IMG/VR virus record: IMGVR_UViG_3300028591_000171
Coordinates: 1-64,000 of that record
Length of the DNA stretch: 64,000 nucleotides
From: a virus
Lineage: Duplodnaviria > Caudoviricetes
Reading direction: 5' to 3' (one strand)
Shown here: piece by piece, positions 60,517 through 64,000 of the stretch
Position numbering within the stretch: the first letter of the stretch is position 1
Layout: every line of letters begins with the position of its first letter
Translations under genes and position numbers: made by a program
Notes under the pieces: model-generated
What the model was told of the DNA's origin: nothing
Databases searched by the model: none
Seen by the model: the letters and a program-made list of their open reading frames with translations, nothing else

Positions 60517-62562
60517 ATGGCAGGTATTGTTCAATTGAAAGACGAGAGCGGGAATTCTGTATATCCTGTGACAGGAGCTAATCTTGTAGATGGTTTGTCT
60601 GATGTCGCCAAGAGCGGTGATTATAATGACTTGGAGAATAAACCGACTATACAGACGATTAACACTGTTAATGTGTCTGTTGACAATAATACTGGGACCC
60701 CGTCTGCTACTGGTACTGTATCGGGTTCTACGATCACACTTAATTTCCATAATCTAAAAGGACAGCAAGGGCAACAGGGTCAGCAGGGAAATACCGGATC
60801 GTCAGTGGACTATCCCTATGAACTTGTGAACAACCTCATCACCGATGACGCCACGAAAGGTTTGTCAGCCGCGCAGGGTGTGGTGCTGGAGGGCGAAGTC
60901 AGTCAGTTACGCTCCGAGTTGGATGGGAATGAACTTATCGCAAAAACATCCTTTATCGGCGGGTGGTATATTTATAAGACAAACCCATATTACAAGACAA
61001 ACAATACGGCCCGCGTGGGCGTGGGGGAAATAACACTTGATGCCGGCGATATAATTTCCCTTACCGATTATTCAGCTTGTAGGATGTATGTCGGATATAG
61101 GGATGCGAATGGCTATAACACACCCGGTGCTTGGTTGACCTCTGATTATACCGCTCCGGTCTCCGGAATATATGTAATAACACTTGACGGCATCCCCGCG
61201 GTACCCGTGTCTGACACATCGGATTTGACTAAATATCTCCGGGTTATTCGAGGCTTATCACAAGTATATCGTAACGAGGTCACTCTCAATGAGCTGGAAT
61301 CAGATGTCGCAAGAAAATCCACAAATAATGACTTGTCAAATCAACTTTATTGCGAGAGTCTGACACAAGGCGTTGAGTATGAGCTGGGAAATATCCTTAT
61401 CACGAACTCCGCTTGGACGTATGAGGATTCCGTCAATCGGGTGCGTACACCATCAGACTATATTCTCCACTTGTTCCCAGGTGACAAAATCACTCTATCA
61501 AATTACTCCGGCGTGAGGTTCTATGTCGGCGCGAGGTATGTTTCCGGGAGTATGTCAATGGCTGGATGGCTGACGAGTGACTACATTGTGCAGGAGGAGG
61601 GGTATTTCTGCGTTCTTGTGGCGAACACGACGGACACGCAACAGTTATCCCCGGATACACTCGGACAACTGATTAAAGTTGTTAGGAATACCACCGTGCG
61701 GTCAATGATCGGGAGTGGCGCGGCATCGGTGATATTCAACAATACCGGGACAACGCAAGTCATAGGGAATCGGATTGATTTGGTGGGGCAAAATTACTCC
61801 GTGGCATACATCGGACAAGAGGGGGCGGGTGTAGACACAAGGCAAGGTGGCGCAATATTCGGTGATTACCTTTTCCAATTCCATAACACTCTCGAATCCA
61901 TTGTTGTGTTCAAATTGTCTACGGCTACAACCGTGCAGACGTTTTCCTTGACAGCCCAGCCAGATTGTCATGCCAATTCCGGCGGTTTCGGAAAAACTTA
62001 CCATACGGCGGGTGATCCTTTCCCGCTTTTGTATGTGTCATCGCAGTCGGAAAAAAAGATATATGTTTACAGGATCACAGGCGAGGAGGGTAATTGGTCA
62101 ATCGCATTAGTTCAAACTATCACGGTTAATGTGGATTTCTATCTCCCGAATATTGCCATAGACGCATGGAATGAACGTGGAGTCCTATTTGGCTATACAA
62201 AAAATTCCTGGTCTGACACGACCGCGAAATCCCGTATATGTTGGTTTAATCTGCCGCCACTATCCTCTGGGGATGTGACGATTTCCGACTTCAATGATTA
62301 TTTCACACTTCCATACATATACGCACAACAGGGAGCATGTGCGAGATTTGGCAAGATGTACCTGTCCTTCGGCAATACGCAACAAGGGCAGGCGACTGGT
62401 GGTATTATAGTGATAGACTACACGAATAAGAATGTCGATAGTTATCTTGACCTATATGCCATCGCTCCAGGATCGTTTGAGCCGGAGGCAATCGGTATTT
62501 GGGGCGGGGGACTAATCGTGACATCGGCAGGTGGAGGAGTATATAAATTGACAGTCAATTAG
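60517..62562 (+). CDS. Fibre/receptor-binding protein with C-terminal beta-propeller-like module
   Basis: Short GQQ triplets, ELVNNL..DDA..GLSA.QG linker, two repeated GWLTSDY domains, then QGGAI.GDYLFQF / HAN..FG / FPLLYVS blades. Confidence 0.7.
   Translation: MAGIVQLKDESGNSVYPVTGANLVDGLSDVAKSGDYNDLENKPTIQTINTVNVSVDNNTGTPSATGTVSGSTITLNFHNLKGQQGQQGQQGNTGSSVDYPYELVNNLITDDATKGLSAAQGVVLEGEVSQLRSELDGNELIAKTSFIGGWYIYKTNPYYKTNNTARVGVGEITLDAGDIISLTDYSACRMYVGYRDANGYNTPGAWLTSDYTAPVSGIYVITLDGIPAVPVSDTSDLTKYLRVIRGLSQVYRNEVTLNELESDVARKSTNNDLSNQLYCESLTQGVEYELGNILITNSAWTYEDSVNRVRTPSDYILHLFPGDKITLSNYSGVRFYVGARYVSGSMSMAGWLTSDYIVQEEGYFCVLVANTTDTQQLSPDTLGQLIKVVRNTTVRSMIGSGAASVIFNNTGTTQVIGNRIDLVGQNYSVAYIGQEGAGVDTRQGGAIFGDYLFQFHNTLESIVVFKLSTATTVQTFSLTAQPDCHANSGGFGKTYHTAGDPFPLLYVSSQSEKKIYVYRITGEEGNWSIALVQTITVNVDFYLPNIAIDAWNERGVLFGYTKNSWSDTTAKSRICWFNLPPLSSGDVTISDFNDYFTLPYIYAQQGACARFGKMYLSFGNTQQGQATGGIIVIDYTNKNVDSYLDLYAIAPGSFEPEAIGIWGGGLIVTSAGGGVYKLTVN
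60895..60917 (+). repeat. Left cassette-boundary site, copy 2
   Basis: Identical to 13854-13876. Confidence 0.9.
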
Positions 62563-62582
62563 CCCCCTAACTGACTGAGTTA
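62560..62582 (+). repeat. Right cassette-boundary site, copy 2 (TAGCCCCCTAACTGACTGAGTTA)
   Basis: 21/23 identical to 15812-15834; TAACTGACTGA is the exact reverse complement of TCAGTCAGTTA in the left sites. Confidence 0.85.
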
Positions 62583-62591
62583 TTAAATATT

Positions 62592-62822
62592 ATGAAAGCA
62601 GTAAAAGTTGAATGGTTGGATATAGCGAGCGGAACAATCCACTGGACAGATTTTGATGATCTCGAGTTTGGACCGTTGGAATGCGAGTCCGTAGGTTGGC
62701 TCGTTAAGGAGACTGATGAGTATATAGCTATAGCGCAAAACTATAACAAGGAGAATGACCTAATAGCTGATACAATGACATTCCCGAAATCAGTCGTAGT
62801 GAAGATGACTGAGCTGAAATAA
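62592..62822 (+). CDS. Hypothetical protein (76 aa)
   Basis: VKVEWLDI...VGWL pattern; clean AT-rich leader. Confidence 0.6.
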   Translation: MKAVKVEWLDIASGTIHWTDFDDLEFGPLECESVGWLVKETDEYIAIAQNYNKENDLIADTMTFPKSVVVKMTELK

Positions 62823-62824
62823 CG

Positions 62825-63301
62825 CTAAATGTAGTTGTCAAGTCTTGAAGACTCTATCTCGCCTTGGCGGAACGCCTCCTTGTCATTCTCCGAGGCGAAA
62901 ACCATATTCCCCACGTCATCGGGGTTGGCTTCCGGCAGGTAATATCCCTGATCCTCAGCCCATCTCCTGAACGCGTTTATGGCCCTTGTCATCTCGTCTG
63001 TGGTGAGGTCGGCGGAACTGCGTATATACTGTACTCTCATCCCGGTAAGCTTGTCCACATCCTCCCTGATGAATATATCCGGATTGGACATTATCTTGAA
63101 GTATACCTCCTTCGAGTATTTCTCGGTAACTCCGGTCTCTATGGCGAGTATCCTGCAGAGCACATGAAGGTATGAGTTCTGGTTGAGCGAACGCCTTGAC
63201 TCGTCAACCAGACTCGCGTTCTTGCATTTCTTCTCGAGAAGCCTGTTGGCCCTCTTGACGAACTGTTTCCTGTGTAAAGGGTTAGTCAGATCGTAATTCA
63301 T
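62825..63301 (-). CDS. NinB-like protein
   Basis: RSLNQNSYLH and RSSADLT..EM..AI..F..WA motifs typical of NinB-like phage proteins. Confidence 0.55.
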   Translation of the reverse strand: MNYDLTNPLHRKQFVKRANRLLEKKCKNASLVDESRRSLNQNSYLHVLCRILAIETGVTEKYSKEVYFKIMSNPDIFIREDVDKLTGMRVQYIRSSADLTTDEMTRAINAFRRWAEDQGYYLPEANPDDVGNMVFASENDKEAFRQGEIESSRLDNYI

Positions 63302-63534
63302 TACAGTACTTTCACCTCGCTATAAAAATAGTCACCCCATCCTGCGGAGTCCTCTAACGCGTCCAGAAGAGTCCTGAAATCTTTCTCCGTGTCCATCTTA
63401 TAAGTCCTGTAATCACCCTCGACCTTCCCGGAGTTGATGGCTCTTATCGCGCCTCTTGTAGTATGCTCATTCGCATACGAGCAAGCCTCTGTCCCATAAA
63501 AGACAGTGACCTTAAATTTATTAAGATTGTCCAT
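63301..63534 (-). CDS. Hypothetical protein (77 aa)
   Basis: Coupled to the NinB-like gene. Confidence 0.55.
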   Translation of the reverse strand: MDNLNKFKVTVFYGTEACSYANEHTTRGAIRAINSGKVEGDYRTYKMDTEKDFRTLLDALEDSAGWGDYFYSEVKVL

Positions 63535-63540
63535 ATTTTC

Positions 63541-63788
63541 GCGGAATAATACGCGGAATGACAGAACCGTCTCCGTAACTCGGTGGAAGCAACTGGATTC
63601 GAACCAGTGACCCCCTGCTTGTAAGGCAGGTTACAATCATACCGCGATTGAATAACATCTATCGCTAAGTTACTAATTTTTAATTGATTAACAAACAAAA
63701 ATCCAAATTTGTTTTTGTTTATTTTTTCTTTTTCTTTTTGATGTGCCTTCCAGATACGTGAGACACTATGCGGAATTGTTTGCAGAAT
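63541..63788. mobile_element. attP-like attachment region
   Basis: tRNA-Val 3' half as core, flanked by tandem GCGGAAT at 63541/63553 and GCGGAAT/GCAGAAT at 63770/63782; AT-rich spacer; integrase gene adjacent. Confidence 0.7.
63582..63630 (-). pseudogene. 3' half of tRNA-Val(TAC)
   Basis: - strand reads CCTGC-CTTACAA-GCAGG-GGGTC-ACTGG-TTCGAAT-CCAGT-TGCTTCC-A. Anticodon and T arms are intact; D arm and 5' acceptor strand are missing. Confidence 0.85.
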
Positions 63789-63816
63789 TTTGCTATCTTG
63801 CCGAAAAGTAAAAACA

Positions 63817-64000
63817 ATGGCGATTACAAACTTATATCTCGACATGAGGGGCAGAGCCAATGACGGCAAGGGCAGCATCCTCATAACCATCTATCACAAC
63901 AGGACGACATCTACAATCCCGATGAAAATCAGGGTGTCTCCAGAGAACTGGGACGGCAACCATATCGTCAGGATGCGCGAGGCTGACATCCTCAACGCTC
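63817..64000 (+). CDS. int: Tyrosine integrase, N-terminal arm-binding domain (3'-truncated by the window)
   Basis: MAITNLYLDMRGRANDGKGSILITIYHNRTTSTIPMKIRVSPENWD matches the Bacteroidetes integrase arm-domain pattern (LD.R...dG...i.i.i.h......i.v...W). The catalytic domain is outside the window. Confidence 0.7.
   Translation, partial: MAITNLYLDMRGRANDGKGSILITIYHNRTTSTIPMKIRVSPENWDGNHIVRMREADILNA

Noticed and set aside
13335-62562. Diversity-generating retroelement acting on the fibre genes
   Set aside because: No reverse transcriptase and no TR/VR pair differing at adenines; the shared sequences are short boundary sites.
15812-62582. Integron attC interpretation of the TAAC/GTTA sites
   Set aside because: The sites do not fit RYYYAAC/GTTRRRY and lack the long attC hairpin.
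63582-63660. Complete tRNA-Val gene
   Set aside because: No D arm or GGAAGC-type 5' acceptor strand upstream; treated as an att core.
63444-63890. 148-aa - strand ORF
   Set aside because: It spans the attP-like site, tRNA fragment and integrase start; low-complexity translation.

Overview
The window is about 64 kb of a crAss-like phage (Crassvirales) infecting a Bacteroidetes host, read in the standard genetic code. The + strand carries terminase, portal, an Ig/BACON and fibre region, a six-gene module of unknown function, capsid, ring/hub/muzzle tail genes and cargo (ejection) proteins. Two giant - strand genes converge on these; one carries the DFDID motif of crAss-like virion RNA polymerases. 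After them come an AT-rich regulatory region, a lysis cassette, a second fibre gene and the 5' end of a Bacteroidetes-type tyrosine integrase. Structural assignments rest on recalled motif resemblance and synteny with PhiCrAss001, not on database searches. Four signals stand out. (1) Two fibre genes 47 kb apart have unrelated C-terminal modules bounded by the same short DNA sites, whose cores are inverted and resemble tyrosine-recombinase sites. (2) An attP-like locus (3' half of tRNA-Val plus paired 12-bp-spaced repeats on both sides) lies next to the integrase, suggesting a temperate crassvirus. (3) BACON/Big_2 domains appear split across gene boundaries, suggesting a fibre polymerised by half-domain complementation. 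(4) Three promoter-plus-GNRA-hairpin units may be small RNAs.
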